Below, piece after piece: positions 28,574 to 38,897 of a stretch of DNA of 64,000 bases (position 1 is its first letter; every line of letters begins with the position of its first letter). This DNA comes from Candidatus Bathyarchaeia archaeon (GTDB lineage: Archaea; Thermoproteota; Bathyarchaeia; Bathyarchaeales; Bathycorpusculaceae). The notes under the pieces are model-generated. The model searched no databases. It was not told the origin of the DNA and was given only the letters and a program-made list of their open reading frames with translations. The DNA lies in the NCBI GenBank assembly GCA_038883855.1, contig JAVZLH010000001.1, positions 141,563 through 205,562 of the forward strand. The letters run 5' to 3'. The translations under genes and the position numbers were made by a program.

Positions 28574-30391
28574 GTGAAAGAAATGTCCAAAACTAGACTT
28601 CAACATCTAACCACAATAACCATCATCCTCGCTTCAATCATGCTCGGGTTCTACAAAACTCCACTTTCAAGCGCGTTTGCACCCACCGAAAACGCCAATC
28701 CAAGGATACTTTATTGGCCTGCTCCCCAAATATGGCAAACAGAAGATGGGCATACGGTGTGGAGTTCCGGAGGCATCGACGCAACAAGCATCTCATGGTC
28801 TCCTTCTGGAAAACTGCTATTGATAGCTGGTGACCGTTTTGCAGTGATTAATACAAGCACTTTCTCGCCGATTTACGAGTTTTGGAATCAGTGGGGCTAT
28901 ATTGATAATTTTGTTATTTCACCAGACGACTCCAAAATATTCTATGTTAACACAAGTGGTGCAGTTGCTCCTTTCTCCTTAATATATTCAATGAGCTTGA
29001 ATGGCTCCAATCCAACCCTTATAACCTACGTTAATAGCAGCTCCTCATGCGTCCCCACTTTCGTTGACTTGTCAAGCGATGGCACAACATTAATCTGCAC
29101 AGAATTCGCAGAGAACTATTCTTCGTATCCCTACACCCATTTAAGTCGCATCTGGAAAGTCAACCTAGAAACAAACGAGAGATCACTGTTTCTGGAGCTT
29201 GAGGGACCAGACAACCAGATTTTCAGCGTTAGATTTTCGCCATCAAACGACAAAATAGCCTTCACGACATATGATGGCGTTTGGACCATTAACTCTGACG
29301 GAACCAACCTAACTAAGATAGCTGATATTTCAGAAAATAGCGTTGCAATGTATCTAAATTGGGTGTCGAATGGAACAATGCTAACATATACGGAAGTTAA
29401 TTACACAGAAAGGTATACTTATAATCCGTATATAAACGACCAAAGCTGGGTTAACAGTAGCGTAATAGCAGTAAATGTTGATGGAAGCAACAAGCGCACG
29501 ATTTTTTGTGGAGCCAAATGTTGGACATGGTCACCTCTCAACGACTCTATAGCCGCCTTTATTAAACCGCTGAGCAGGGACGTTCCATACCTTATAGACT
29601 TAAGCCTTCCAATATCCTCCAACCCAGACAGCGACGGAGACGGCATACCTGACCGTGAAGAAATCTTCTGTGGATACTTTAACCCGCTGGACCCTACAGA
29701 CCTCTACAAAGACTATGATAATGATGGCTTGTCCAACTTGGAAGAGTACGAGTTTAACATAAACCGGACTGGTTCTGGAGCCTATCCATTGTATCCTCTG
29801 GGTCCAGATTGCGATAACGATGGGCTTAGCGACGGCGTTGAAATCAAAGTCTTTAAAACTGATCCGACAAGGGCTGATACTGACGGTGATGGCATAAGCG
29901 ATGGTCTTGAGGCTGCAGCAACAGGATTAAATGCGTTCATTTCTGTTTTGCCTGAAGGGTGGATTCGCATGCAGCTTCAATGGTCAAACAAGACAATGTA
30001 CGTTTCAACAAACTCCTCCGTGCTTGGTGTGGTTTTCAACTCTACGGACATGGCTTTAAGCATCTCTGTAGGCGGTCCAGACGGCACCGCGGGCATAGCC
30101 AACATAACCATACCCATAGAAATGATAAATTCTCTTTCTGCAGTTAGCGTTACATTGGACAATCAGCCCATAGACTTCCAAATAAACCAAGTCGGCAGCA
30201 ACGCCCAAATCTACGTAGAATACCACCACAGTTTCCACGAGTTAACAGCGCATCTGCAAGGCGGCGGTGGCGGTGGCATCGGCGGCGTGGACTTGACGGT
30301 TTTCATGAGTTACTGGTGGGTAATATTGTCAGTCGCTATCGTAGCGGTTGCATCTGTGATAGCGGCAATGATTGTGAGACGTGGACGATAA
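28574..30391 (+). CDS. Cell-surface protein: TolB/WD40-like propeller, DxDxDG Ca-binding (TSP3-like) repeats, C-terminal TM anchor
   Basis: Signal peptide; WSPSG/ISPDD/FSPSN repeats; DSDGDG, DYDNDG, DCDNDG, DTDGDG; Gly linker, TM and RRGR tail. Confidence 0.85.
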   Translation: MKEMSKTRLQHLTTITIILASIMLGFYKTPLSSAFAPTENANPRILYWPAPQIWQTEDGHTVWSSGGIDATSISWSPSGKLLLIAGDRFAVINTSTFSPIYEFWNQWGYIDNFVISPDDSKIFYVNTSGAVAPFSLIYSMSLNGSNPTLITYVNSSSSCVPTFVDLSSDGTTLICTEFAENYSSYPYTHLSRIWKVNLETNERSLFLELEGPDNQIFSVRFSPSNDKIAFTTYDGVWTINSDGTNLTKIADISENSVAMYLNWVSNGTMLTYTEVNYTERYTYNPYINDQSWVNSSVIAVNVDGSNKRTIFCGAKCWTWSPLNDSIAAFIKPLSRDVPYLIDLSLPISSNPDSDGDGIPDREEIFCGYFNPLDPTDLYKDYDNDGLSNLEEYEFNINRTGSGAYPLYPLGPDCDNDGLSDGVEIKVFKTDPTRADTDGDGISDGLEAAATGLNAFISVLPEGWIRMQLQWSNKTMYVSTNSSVLGVVFNSTDMALSISVGGPDGTAGIANITIPIEMINSLSAVSVTLDNQPIDFQINQVGSNAQIYVEYHHSFHELTAHLQGGGGGGIGGVDLTVFMSYWWVILSVAIVAVASVIAAMIVRRGR

Positions 30392-31067
30392 GAGGGAAGC
30401 AAAATTGCGGAAAGCTGTAGCGTTTACGACAACCATACTATTTTTACTCTGCATAACATTCGTTTATGCTGAGGTGCAAGTGGGCATCAAAGTTGGCGAC
30501 TGGGTAAGATGTGACTACGTTTCCGGTGGCACTTTGCCAAGCGATGCGCCCCAGTGGGTTAAAGCAGAATGCTTATCAGTTACAGGAACAACTGCAACAT
30601 TACGTGTAACAACCCACTTCAGCAGTGGAACGGAACAAATTGAAATTATGACGTTGGATGTCACCAGCGGCACGGGAAACGCGACTTTTCAAGCACTTAT
30701 ACCAGCAAACTCGAAGACTGGAAACACCATTCAAGTTATAGGAGGAGGTAGTGTGACGATTGCTGGCGAGAAGACCGAAACCTATGCGGGAACAAGCAGA
30801 ACAGTTGTCTACGCAAGCTTAACGCGGGGGGATGTGCAGTTCAGCTATTGCTGGGATAAAGAGACAGGAGTTCTCGTGGAAATAACTTTAACCCAAGGCT
30901 CCACATCAGCCACTTATAGAGCAACTAGCACAAACATTTGGCAAGCGTCATCGTCAAACCCTTTGCCAATGCCAAGTCTACCAGTAGAAATGCTTTCCAT
31001 TAGCATCTCAGTAATAGTGGCAATAGCTATAGTGGCGACAGCGATAATCTACACTAGGCACAAATGA
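30381..31067 (+). CDS. Secreted/surface protein with C-terminal TM anchor
   Basis: Signal peptide, GIKVGDWV...WDKETGVLVE domain and terminal TM. Confidence 0.8.
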   Translation: MDDKREAKLRKAVAFTTTILFLLCITFVYAEVQVGIKVGDWVRCDYVSGGTLPSDAPQWVKAECLSVTGTTATLRVTTHFSSGTEQIEIMTLDVTSGTGNATFQALIPANSKTGNTIQVIGGGSVTIAGEKTETYAGTSRTVVYASLTRGDVQFSYCWDKETGVLVEITLTQGSTSATYRATSTNIWQASSSNPLPMPSLPVEMLSISISVIVAIAIVATAIIYTRHK

Positions 31068-31084
31068 AGTTAACAGATTAAAAG

Positions 31085-31122
31085 GGGTTCACTGAACCCT
31101 AATTTTCGCTTTCCCACTTTTT
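31085..31122 (+). terminator. Inverted repeat plus T-rich tract after the surface-protein genes
   Basis: GGGTTCA-C-TGAACCC (31085-31099) followed by T-rich sequence. Confidence 0.35.
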
Positions 31123-31216
31123 GAATTATCCGCCGTAAGAGAAGTCAAGTTATTTCGAAACGACAGAAATTTTCTCCACTTTTATGGTTTACTCTCTAAA
31201 TACGGTGGTTTAGTTT

Positions 31217-31636
31217 TCAGCCTTCCCAGTCTAGAAGTCTTTTTTCTCCTTCAATTTTTTTGATGTCTGTTATGTCTTGGGTTACTTCAAGGGTTCCTAA
31301 ATATTTCCCGTTTTTGTCTCTCACCGCAAAGTATCTGATGTGTATTAGGCGATTGCCTATTTGAATCCAGAATTCTGCCACATCCTTCTCGCCTTTCTTA
31401 AATGCTTCGAGGATTCTGTTAACTACGTGGACGCTCTTCTGCGGGTGGCATAACTGCACTTTTCTTCCAATAACCGCCTTTGTTCTCACGAAAATTCTTT
31501 TTTCAGCCTTGTTAAAGTATTTGACAGTGTCATTTGCGTCCACGAACGTTATGTCTACTGGAAGAGTATCCAGTAAGGCTTCAATTTCCTCTTTTGAAAG
31601 AGTCCCGTTTTCAAACTGCAACGTTCCTTCGGGCAT
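31217..31636 (-). CDS. Stand-alone PAS domain protein (PAS_10, DUF438-associated type)
   Basis: LPVDITFVD...RIFVR...IGRKVQLCHP...YLGTLEVTQDIT. Confidence 0.85.
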   Translation of the reverse strand: MPEGTLQFENGTLSKEEIEALLDTLPVDITFVDANDTVKYFNKAEKRIFVRTKAVIGRKVQLCHPQKSVHVVNRILEAFKKGEKDVAEFWIQIGNRLIHIRYFAVRDKNGKYLGTLEVTQDITDIKKIEGEKRLLDWEG

Positions 31637-31649
31637 AGTTACAACTTCC

Positions 31650-32840
31650 TCATAATTTTTCTTCTTTAATCTTCTTGGCTAAAACTTTACCTAACTCAAT
31701 TATCTGCGTTATATCCTTATCCGTGGGTGGACCATTTATTTCCAACGCTCCAACAACTTCAATCTTCGTCTGCCCAAGCACTTCCTGAACATGTTTTACG
31801 GCACCTCCGCCCCAACCATAAGAGCTTAAGACTACCACAAATTTCAGCGGCGGCTTCAAAGCCTTAACCAGATAGGTTGCGTATACGGCTAGTGGATGTG
31901 CACCGCCTAACGCTGTTGGTGCGCCCAAAACGATGGCTTTAGAATCCACTAAGTCTTTTGCTATGTCGCCAACATCGGCTGAAACAAGATTGTAAAGTGC
32001 CACTTCAATGCCTTCTGAAGCTAGGGTTTCCACCATTGGCTGTATCATCTTCTCTGTGCTGTTCCACATCGTCACATAAACTATTGTTGCCTTACTCTTT
32101 GTCTCCCCATTTGCCCACTTACGGTAGGCTGTGAGGATGCGCTCTGGATTTCTGTGAATTGGGCCGTGGCTGGGCGCTATTAGACTGATTTTTAAGTCTT
32201 TTATTTTTTCTAGGGCTTTTTGCGCCATAACCCTGAAAGGCATCATTATTTCACCCCAGTAGCGTTGGGCGTGAACAAGCAAATCATCAACCTCATCATC
32301 ATACAGTGCTTTCGCCAAATGTGACCCGAAAAAGTCGCATGGAAACAGTATGGCGTCTTCTCTTAAATAAGTGAACATTGTTTCTGGCCAATGGAGCATT
32401 GGGGCTTCGATAAACTGGAGAGTTTTGTCTCCTAGACTTATGGTTTCTTGATCTTTAACAGCTATTATCCGTTCCTCTGGCACTTTGTAAAATGTTTGAG
32501 CCATCCGTGCGCCTTTGCTTGTAGCTACAAGCTTTGCTTTTTTATTCATAGCCATTACGTACGGTATTGCTCCAGCGTGGTCTGGCTCCGCGTGGTTCAT
32601 CACCACATAATCAATTTCACCTGGGTCAACAAGCTTACGTATTTTCTCCTCTAACTCTTTTTCAAAGCCTGGGTTAACAGTGTCAATTAACATCTTTTTG
32701 TCTTTGCCAATTATTAGGTAAGCGTTGTAGCTTGTTCCCTTCGGTAACGTTATTAATGCATCGAAAATTCTTCGGTTCCAGTCTCTGACACCTACCCAGT
32801 AAACGTTTTCAGATATTTTTTCAATGTTCCTCCAACTCAT
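31650..32840 (-). CDS. fprA: Flavodiiron protein FprA (type A flavoprotein)
   Basis: GTSYNAY, NHAEPDH, LHWPE, CDFFGSH, PSHG and a flavodoxin domain. Confidence 0.93.
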   Translation of the reverse strand: MSWRNIEKISENVYWVGVRDWNRRIFDALITLPKGTSYNAYLIIGKDKKMLIDTVNPGFEKELEEKIRKLVDPGEIDYVVMNHAEPDHAGAIPYVMAMNKKAKLVATSKGARMAQTFYKVPEERIIAVKDQETISLGDKTLQFIEAPMLHWPETMFTYLREDAILFPCDFFGSHLAKALYDDEVDDLLVHAQRYWGEIMMPFRVMAQKALEKIKDLKISLIAPSHGPIHRNPERILTAYRKWANGETKSKATIVYVTMWNSTEKMIQPMVETLASEGIEVALYNLVSADVGDIAKDLVDSKAIVLGAPTALGGAHPLAVYATYLVKALKPPLKFVVVLSSYGWGGGAVKHVQEVLGQTKIEVVGALEINGPPTDKDITQIIELGKVLAKKIKEEKL

Positions 32841-32858
32841 GGTTATGCCTCGATTTGA

Positions 32859-32888
32859 TATTACTATTGTAATAAAGCATATTTATGC
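32859..32888. promoter_or_regulatory. Palindromic operator candidates between divergent fprA and HTH regulator
   Basis: TATTAC-N4-GTAATA (32859-32874) and GCATA-N2-TATGC (32877-32888). Confidence 0.45.
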
Positions 32889-32923
32889 CTTTCTACACAA
32901 TACATTCCCTCGGAGAACAAAAA

Positions 32924-33322
32924 ATGTCACTACCATGCGAAATAGCAGTAAAATGCTTGCTCCCTGCGGTCAGAGCCCTCCTAGCCAAGGAACTCACCGC
33001 CAAACACAACCTGAAACAGTCAGAAGCGGCAAAACGGCTGGGAGTAAGTCAACCAGCCATAAGCCTATACCAAAGAAAAATCCGCGGAAAAGCCATAAAC
33101 CTAGAAAAGGACCCGGATATTGTTGAACAAATAGAAAACCTAGCAAACGCCCTAGCCGAGGAAAATCTAGCCTACAAAGACTTTATCCAAACGTTCTGCG
33201 AAATCTGCAGAAAAATAAGAGCTAAAGGGCTCTTATGCAAGATGCACAAAACCATGGACCCGTCTATCGACACGGAAAAATGTGGATTATGTTTGGCCAC
33301 AAGTTCAATAAAATGCGCCTAG
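32924..33322 (+). CDS. HTH transcriptional regulator (COG2522-like) with Cys/His-rich C-terminus
   Basis: LPCE...QSEAAKRLGVSQPAISLY; CEIC...CKMH...CGLC. Confidence 0.82.
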   Translation: MSLPCEIAVKCLLPAVRALLAKELTAKHNLKQSEAAKRLGVSQPAISLYQRKIRGKAINLEKDPDIVEQIENLANALAEENLAYKDFIQTFCEICRKIRAKGLLCKMHKTMDPSIDTEKCGLCLATSSIKCA

Positions 33323-33367
33323 TAACGTCTTTATTAATGCTGAACCTTAACCATTAATATAAAGCTG

Positions 33368-33877
33368 GTGGCTGTTAAAATGGGGTATTCAGCCGTCTGG
33401 AAAGTTCTCGAAGAAATGATTACAGACTTGCGAAAAAAGGGGCTGACAGTTCCAGCGGAAGTTGTAAATGATTTAAAATCTGCGAAAACGCTAATTAAAA
33501 TCTTGAAGGCTGACCCAACGCACGGGGAAACGGTTCAAAAAATCGAAGAGTATCTTGGAAACGTTGAGTCTTACCTGATCTCTGAAGGAACGAAGAATTT
33601 TGGAGACAAATACACTAGTGAGTGGCTTAAGCGGCTTGATGAAGCTGGAAAAGCACCCTTCGCTGAAGAAGAGGAAGAGGTAAGGTTTGTTCCTGGGCTT
33701 CCGCGGGAGCAAAAGTGGGTTCGCGTTAAGCCTTCAGCCGAGTTACCGATTGAAAAGCTGAAATCTATAGCTGAAGAGTCAAATCTCTCATACAATGTTC
33801 AAAGTGATGGTTACCTGCTTGTTTACGGCGAAGAAAATCGCATAAAAGAATTTGTTAAGAAAGTAGCTATAAAATAG
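33368..33877 (+). CDS. DUF2096-like protein
   Basis: WKVLEEMITDLRKKG N-terminus; conserved archaeal hypothetical. Confidence 0.7.
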   Translation: MAVKMGYSAVWKVLEEMITDLRKKGLTVPAEVVNDLKSAKTLIKILKADPTHGETVQKIEEYLGNVESYLISEGTKNFGDKYTSEWLKRLDEAGKAPFAEEEEEVRFVPGLPREQKWVRVKPSAELPIEKLKSIAEESNLSYNVQSDGYLLVYGEENRIKEFVKKVAIK

Positions 33878-34018
33878 GAGATTAAGGCTCAAAATAGCGT
33901 CGAAAGTTTACATAACCGTTAAAATCTTCCTCTAGACAATAATTTATTAAAAATTGGAGGAGACAATGTAAGTTAATATAGTTGCAGCGTTCCAGAAAAG
34001 GGTGAGGGCGCAAACTGA

Positions 34019-37000
34019 ATGCCCTACATTAAAAAAATTGAGATTAAAGGCTTCAAATCCTTCGGTCCGCAAACCGTTAAAGTAGTCTTGGATAAGGGCT
34101 TCACAGCTATTACTGGACCAAACGGAAGCGGGAAAACAAACATTGTCGACGCTGTTTTGTTCGCTCTTGGCGAGTTAAGCACGAGAAGGCTTCGTGCTGA
34201 AAACGCTGCTAAACTCATTTTTCACGGTTCTGAGAAGGCTGGTTTAGAGAAGGCGAAGATGGCTAAGGTCGTAATTCAGTTTGACAACTCGGATGGCAGG
34301 ATGCCTGTTGACACAAACACAGTAACAGTCTCGCGAGAGGTTTACAGAAACGGTCAAAGCATTTATAGGCTTAATGGTAGACGAATTTCTAGAGCATATA
34401 TTTTGGAAATTCTGTCTATGGCAGGTATAAGCAGCACAAGCCAAAACATTATCCCGCAAGGCACGATAACCCGCCTGACCGACATAACCCCTCCAGAACG
34501 TAGGAAAATAATTGAAGACTTAATTGGAATAGCCCAGTATGACGCTGAAAAAGCTGAGGCTGAAGAAAAGCTTCGGATGGCAGACATATCCATCCGCACG
34601 GCTATGGGCAGAATAGACGAGGTTCAGAAGAGACTAGATGATTTAGAGAGGGAGCGCAATGAGCTCTTGAGGTTCAATTTTATACACAATGAAATAAAAA
34701 AGTTTGAATCTGTCAAAATTTCGCATGAAATGGCGCAGATACAGAAAAAGTTGGAGGAAAACTCCTCACAAGCAGACAAAATTAAAATCAGAGTTGAAAA
34801 ATTAAGGCAATTGCGTGAGGGATATCGGTCAAAGAGAAGGGAGATCGAAGGAGAATGGCGGAAGCTAAGCTCCGAAATAGTTGAAGAGGGTGGCTCCCAA
34901 GTTTTAAAGGTTCAAATTAGAATCGGCGAGCTGAAATCAAAACTTACAGAGTTGACAACGAAAATAAGTTCTGGTAAAGCAAGCCTCGAGAGCTTAAAAC
35001 GTGTTAGAGAAAACAACTTACAACAATACCAGTCTATAAGAAAAGAAATTAGCGAAAACCACCTAAAAATAAGAAAACTGAAAAAAGAGTTTGAGAGTAT
35101 TCTAAACCAGATAAACCAAAAACAGTCCGAGCATGATGCTCTTGCACGAGAAACAGCTTTACTCTGGGAAAATATTGGAGAAAACAGCAAGAAAATCCGT
35201 GAGATGGAACTTCAACTTGAAAACAACTATAGACGGCTCACAATATTAAGGTCTGAACAGGCAAAAAGCCAAACAGCCATTAAACTTCGTGAAAGAAGAC
35301 TTAAAGACTTAACTGATAGGAAAGAAAGATTCGCTTCAACGCTTTTAGAGCTGGAAAAGTCCTTTGCAGAACTGGAAAAAGTGCAGAAGGAGCAGAAAGC
35401 CCAGCTTAAAAATCTTGAGAGGCTCATCGATAGGAGAATAGCCCAGAAAGAAGCCATCGAAAAAGAAATAGACCAAGCAGGTAAAATAGCTGATTCCGCT
35501 CGAGAAGCAGTCATCGAATTTGAAACACAAAGAGAACTCGCGGAAACCGTGGCTTCAGAAGAAAAAGCTCTTAAAAGCATAGAAGAACTAGGCGAGTTAG
35601 GTGTAATTCCAGGAGTTTACGGAAGACTACGCAACCTAATCAAAATGGATAAGGCTTATGAAAGGGCTATGGAAGTGGCTGCAGCCGGATGGCTCGACGC
35701 CATAGTGGTCAAAGATTTTGACGCTGCCTTCACATGTGTAGAGACTTTACGAAGGATGAAGCTTGGAAGAATAAAGATAATACCGCTTCAAGGAACACCC
35801 CCAACCAAACCAATAAAAATTCCATCCATAGAAGGCGTCAACGGAGCAGCTTCCGCCTTCGTCAAATGTGAGAAATCCTATGAGCCAGCTGTTCAATTCG
35901 TGTTCGGCGACACAGTAATAGTTTCAGACGACAAAACTGCCTTTACACTATCAAATGAAGGTTACCGTGCAGTTACAGTGAACGGAGACTTGTACGAGCC
36001 GGGCGGAGCCTTCGAAAGCGGCTATTACAGGGCTCCAATAGATTTCTCCGCAATCATACCAAGCGAGGCAGCCATCAAAAGCCTTGACGAGGCCGTGAGA
36101 GCCCTCCAGCAGCACCTTGCCCAGAGAGATATGGACTTGGCAACTTTTGAGGAGGAAATAGACAGAACTCGCGTGGAAATTACCCGTCTCTCAGAAGCCA
36201 TAACCACGTTGGACAGGGAAATAGCAAGGGTTAAGAGGAGTATTAAGAGGACCAAAGCCAACTTAAGGCGAGTAGACCATTTTATACAGCGTTATCAAAG
36301 TGAAATAGAAAATGAGAAAGCGCAGATGTGGCTTCGAAGAGCAGAAGGCAGTTCAATCCAAAAGGAGATACAAAAACTCCGAAGCGAACTTATCAGCTTA
36401 AGGCGAAAGACAGATCCAGGGCACATTCAAGAACTGGAGGCAAAAAGGGAGAAGCTTGCAGAAGAGATAATCACTTTGAGACAGAAACTTGGCGCTGTCC
36501 AAACAGAGATTTCGACGCTTCAATCCCAGTTTGACAACGTTTTAAGAGTTGGATACAAGAATGCGAAGATTCAACTTTCAAAGGTTGAACAACAGCTAAA
36601 ACAGGTGGAGAAGGAAGTTGAGGACGCGCTCAAAGAAAGAGAATCGCTGAAACAAGAAATTTCTGAACTGGAAAAAAGCCGCATCGAACTTTCAAAAACA
36701 GTCTTTTCCGCAAGAGAAGAAGCGAAGAAATTTACAAGCCAAATAGACGAAATAGACAAGGAACTCCGCAAACTTGACGCAGAATACGAGCAAGCCGACC
36801 GCCTGTTCAATCAACTTCAACTCAGCATACAGACGTCACTTTTGCAACTTGAACAGTGCCGAAGTAGACTCAGGCAGCTTGGCTACGAACAACCCCTAGA
36901 AGTAACGCAGAAACAGGTTGAGGAGGCTGAAACCTCCATTAAAATGATGCAGTTTGAACTCGAAAGAATTGGTGCAGTGAACCAGCTTGCCCTTTCCCAT

Positions 37001-37573
37001 TATGCAGAGCAAATTTCACGGTATAAGGAACTTTCCATGCGGCTAAACGAGCTTGAAAGAGAAAAACAAGCCATAGTTAACTTTATGGAGGAAATTGAAC
37101 GCAAAAAACGCAAAGTATTCACAGAAGCCTTCGAAAAAATCAACCAAAACCTTGGAAAATACTTTTCAAAACTTACAGGAGGTGGAAACGCGACAATGAA
37201 ACTCGAAAACCCAGATGAACCCTTCCAAGGCGGAATTGAAATGATTGTCCAGTTTCCAAACAAGCCTTCTATAGTTGTAAGCGGAGCCAGTGGAGGAGAA
37301 CGTTCGGTTGCTGCTGTAGCCTTCATATTCGCCATCAAGGACTTCAGCCCAGCATCCTTCTATATTCTGGACGAGATAGACGCTCATCTTGATGCTTTTC
37401 ACGTTTCAAAACTCGCCGACTTACTGCTTGAAGAATCGGAGAAAAACCAGTTCATAGTAATAACCCTAAAGCCAGAGATGGTGAACAAGGCGCAGAAGGT
37501 TTATGGAGTTTATGAGCGGAACGGCGTCTCCAACATAATTTCAGCAAAGTTCTTGGAGGTGCCTTCGAGCTGA
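34019..37573 (+). CDS. smc: Chromosome segregation protein SMC
   Basis: GFKSF, GPNGSGKTN, hinge GVYGRL, SGGE and LDEIDAHLD. Confidence 0.97.
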   Translation: MPYIKKIEIKGFKSFGPQTVKVVLDKGFTAITGPNGSGKTNIVDAVLFALGELSTRRLRAENAAKLIFHGSEKAGLEKAKMAKVVIQFDNSDGRMPVDTNTVTVSREVYRNGQSIYRLNGRRISRAYILEILSMAGISSTSQNIIPQGTITRLTDITPPERRKIIEDLIGIAQYDAEKAEAEEKLRMADISIRTAMGRIDEVQKRLDDLERERNELLRFNFIHNEIKKFESVKISHEMAQIQKKLEENSSQADKIKIRVEKLRQLREGYRSKRREIEGEWRKLSSEIVEEGGSQVLKVQIRIGELKSKLTELTTKISSGKASLESLKRVRENNLQQYQSIRKEISENHLKIRKLKKEFESILNQINQKQSEHDALARETALLWENIGENSKKIREMELQLENNYRRLTILRSEQAKSQTAIKLRERRLKDLTDRKERFASTLLELEKSFAELEKVQKEQKAQLKNLERLIDRRIAQKEAIEKEIDQAGKIADSAREAVIEFETQRELAETVASEEKALKSIEELGELGVIPGVYGRLRNLIKMDKAYERAMEVAAAGWLDAIVVKDFDAAFTCVETLRRMKLGRIKIIPLQGTPPTKPIKIPSIEGVNGAASAFVKCEKSYEPAVQFVFGDTVIVSDDKTAFTLSNEGYRAVTVNGDLYEPGGAFESGYYRAPIDFSAIIPSEAAIKSLDEAVRALQQHLAQRDMDLATFEEEIDRTRVEITRLSEAITTLDREIARVKRSIKRTKANLRRVDHFIQRYQSEIENEKAQMWLRRAEGSSIQKEIQKLRSELISLRRKTDPGHIQELEAKREKLAEEIITLRQKLGAVQTEISTLQSQFDNVLRVGYKNAKIQLSKVEQQLKQVEKEVEDALKERESLKQEISELEKSRIELSKTVFSAREEAKKFTSQIDEIDKELRKLDAEYEQADRLFNQLQLSIQTSLLQLEQCRSRLRQLGYEQPLEVTQKQVEEAETSIKMMQFELERIGAVNQLALSHYAEQISRYKELSMRLNELEREKQAIVNFMEEIERKKRKVFTEAFEKINQNLGKYFSKLTGGGNATMKLENPDEPFQGGIEMIVQFPNKPSIVVSGASGGERSVAAVAFIFAIKDFSPASFYILDEIDAHLDAFHVSKLADLLLEESEKNQFIVITLKPEMVNKAQKVYGVYERNGVSNIISAKFLEVPSS

Positions 37574-38277
37574 CAGCTTCCTCAACAATCACCAAAAAAC
37601 CTTTTTACTTTCGTCCACCGTGGAACATTCTCTTTGATTTTCACAGGCTTGAGAGGCTTACTCCATGGAACATTAACATAGCTTATCTGCTGGCATCCTT
37701 TCTAGAAGAGATGGAGCGCATTGGGCAAATTGATTTCAGAGCTTCTGGCATAGCTTTAGACTCCTCAGCCCTCATATACTTGATGAAGTCAAAGCTTCTG
37801 CTCAAACTTGAGGAACCTCCACCGCCACCGAAACCTCCTAAAGAATTTCTGCCGCCGCCTCTTTTTCTTCCGCTCCGACATGAATTGACATCAACAACTA
37901 TAAGGCAACTACTGGAAGTCCTAGACGACGTTTTAAAGGGAGAAAAGCTGTTGCGTCTCGAAAAGGCTGTTTCAGAGCCCGTACTGCCTGCTCCCTCAGA
38001 GGTTCTTCCGCAATTCGAATTGTATTTGATGGAAATTGAGCTGCAGATGGAGAAGCTTTACAACTCTCTTGTGGAGAGAGTGAAGGGTGCTGGAATAATA
38101 GAGTTTTCATCGTTGATAAAGGGGATGGAGCGGCTGGAAGCCATCCGCACTTTCATTCTCCTATTATTTTTGGCGCAAGATTTGAAAGTGAATTTGTGGC
38201 AAGATGAAAAAACAGAAGAAATATACATAACAGTCGGGGATTTTAGCGTTGCAAGAAGTGGAAAAGCAGAAACCTAA
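37570..38277 (+). CDS. scpA: Kleisin ScpA, extended 47 codons upstream to a CTG start
   Basis: In-frame extension LTASS...PWNINIAYLL contains the ScpA PWxIxI motif; SD GGAGGTG at 37555-37561. Confidence 0.85.
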   Translation: MTASSTITKKPFYFRPPWNILFDFHRLERLTPWNINIAYLLASFLEEMERIGQIDFRASGIALDSSALIYLMKSKLLLKLEEPPPPPKPPKEFLPPPLFLPLRHELTSTTIRQLLEVLDDVLKGEKLLRLEKAVSEPVLPAPSEVLPQFELYLMEIELQMEKLYNSLVERVKGAGIIEFSSLIKGMERLEAIRTFILLLFLAQDLKVNLWQDEKTEEIYITVGDFSVARSGKAET

Positions 38278-38824
38278 CCCTGACGAGAGGCTCCAGCACG
38301 ATTTGATTCTGTTGGAAGCCGCCCTATACGTTGCAGGTCGTCCACTAAACATAAACGAATTATGCTCTATTTTAAAGACGCGCTCTAAAAACAAGGTTAA
38401 GAAGCTTGTAAAAACACTTATGCAAGAATACGCAAGCAGAAAAACGGCTCTCGAAATTTTAGAGTTGAAAGACGAGAGATATGTTTTGCAGTTAAAAGCC
38501 GAGTTTACACCTCATGTTCGAAAGCTTGTGAATAGACCGTTGCTTTCCATAGGTCCGCTTAAAACATTGTCTTACATAGCCTATAGGCAGCCGGTGTCCC
38601 AAAAGCGGGTTATTGAAGTGCGGGGTCACCACGCTTATGGGCATATTAAACTATTAAAGGAGATGGGGCTTATTGCTAGCGAAAGAGGCGGACGTTCAAC
38701 AATTCTTCGAACAACCGAATACTTCGCAGACTACTTCGGTTTAAGCCACGACATAGCCGCAATGAAAAAAGAGTTAAAAAATGTGTTCAAAGACTTTGCG
38801 AAGAAGGAAAACTTTCAATCCTAA
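38249..38824 (+). CDS. scpB: SMC-Scp complex subunit ScpB
   Basis: LEAALYVAGRPL, LSYIAYRQPV and TTEYFADYFGL. Confidence 0.93.
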   Translation: MQEVEKQKPNPDERLQHDLILLEAALYVAGRPLNINELCSILKTRSKNKVKKLVKTLMQEYASRKTALEILELKDERYVLQLKAEFTPHVRKLVNRPLLSIGPLKTLSYIAYRQPVSQKRVIEVRGHHAYGHIKLLKEMGLIASERGGRSTILRTTEYFADYFGLSHDIAAMKKELKNVFKDFAKKENFQS

Positions 38825-38897
38825 AATGGAGATAGATTTATATGCCAAATAACTGTGATAGTGAACACTAACATAACATGTTGAAAGTGAAATAGAA

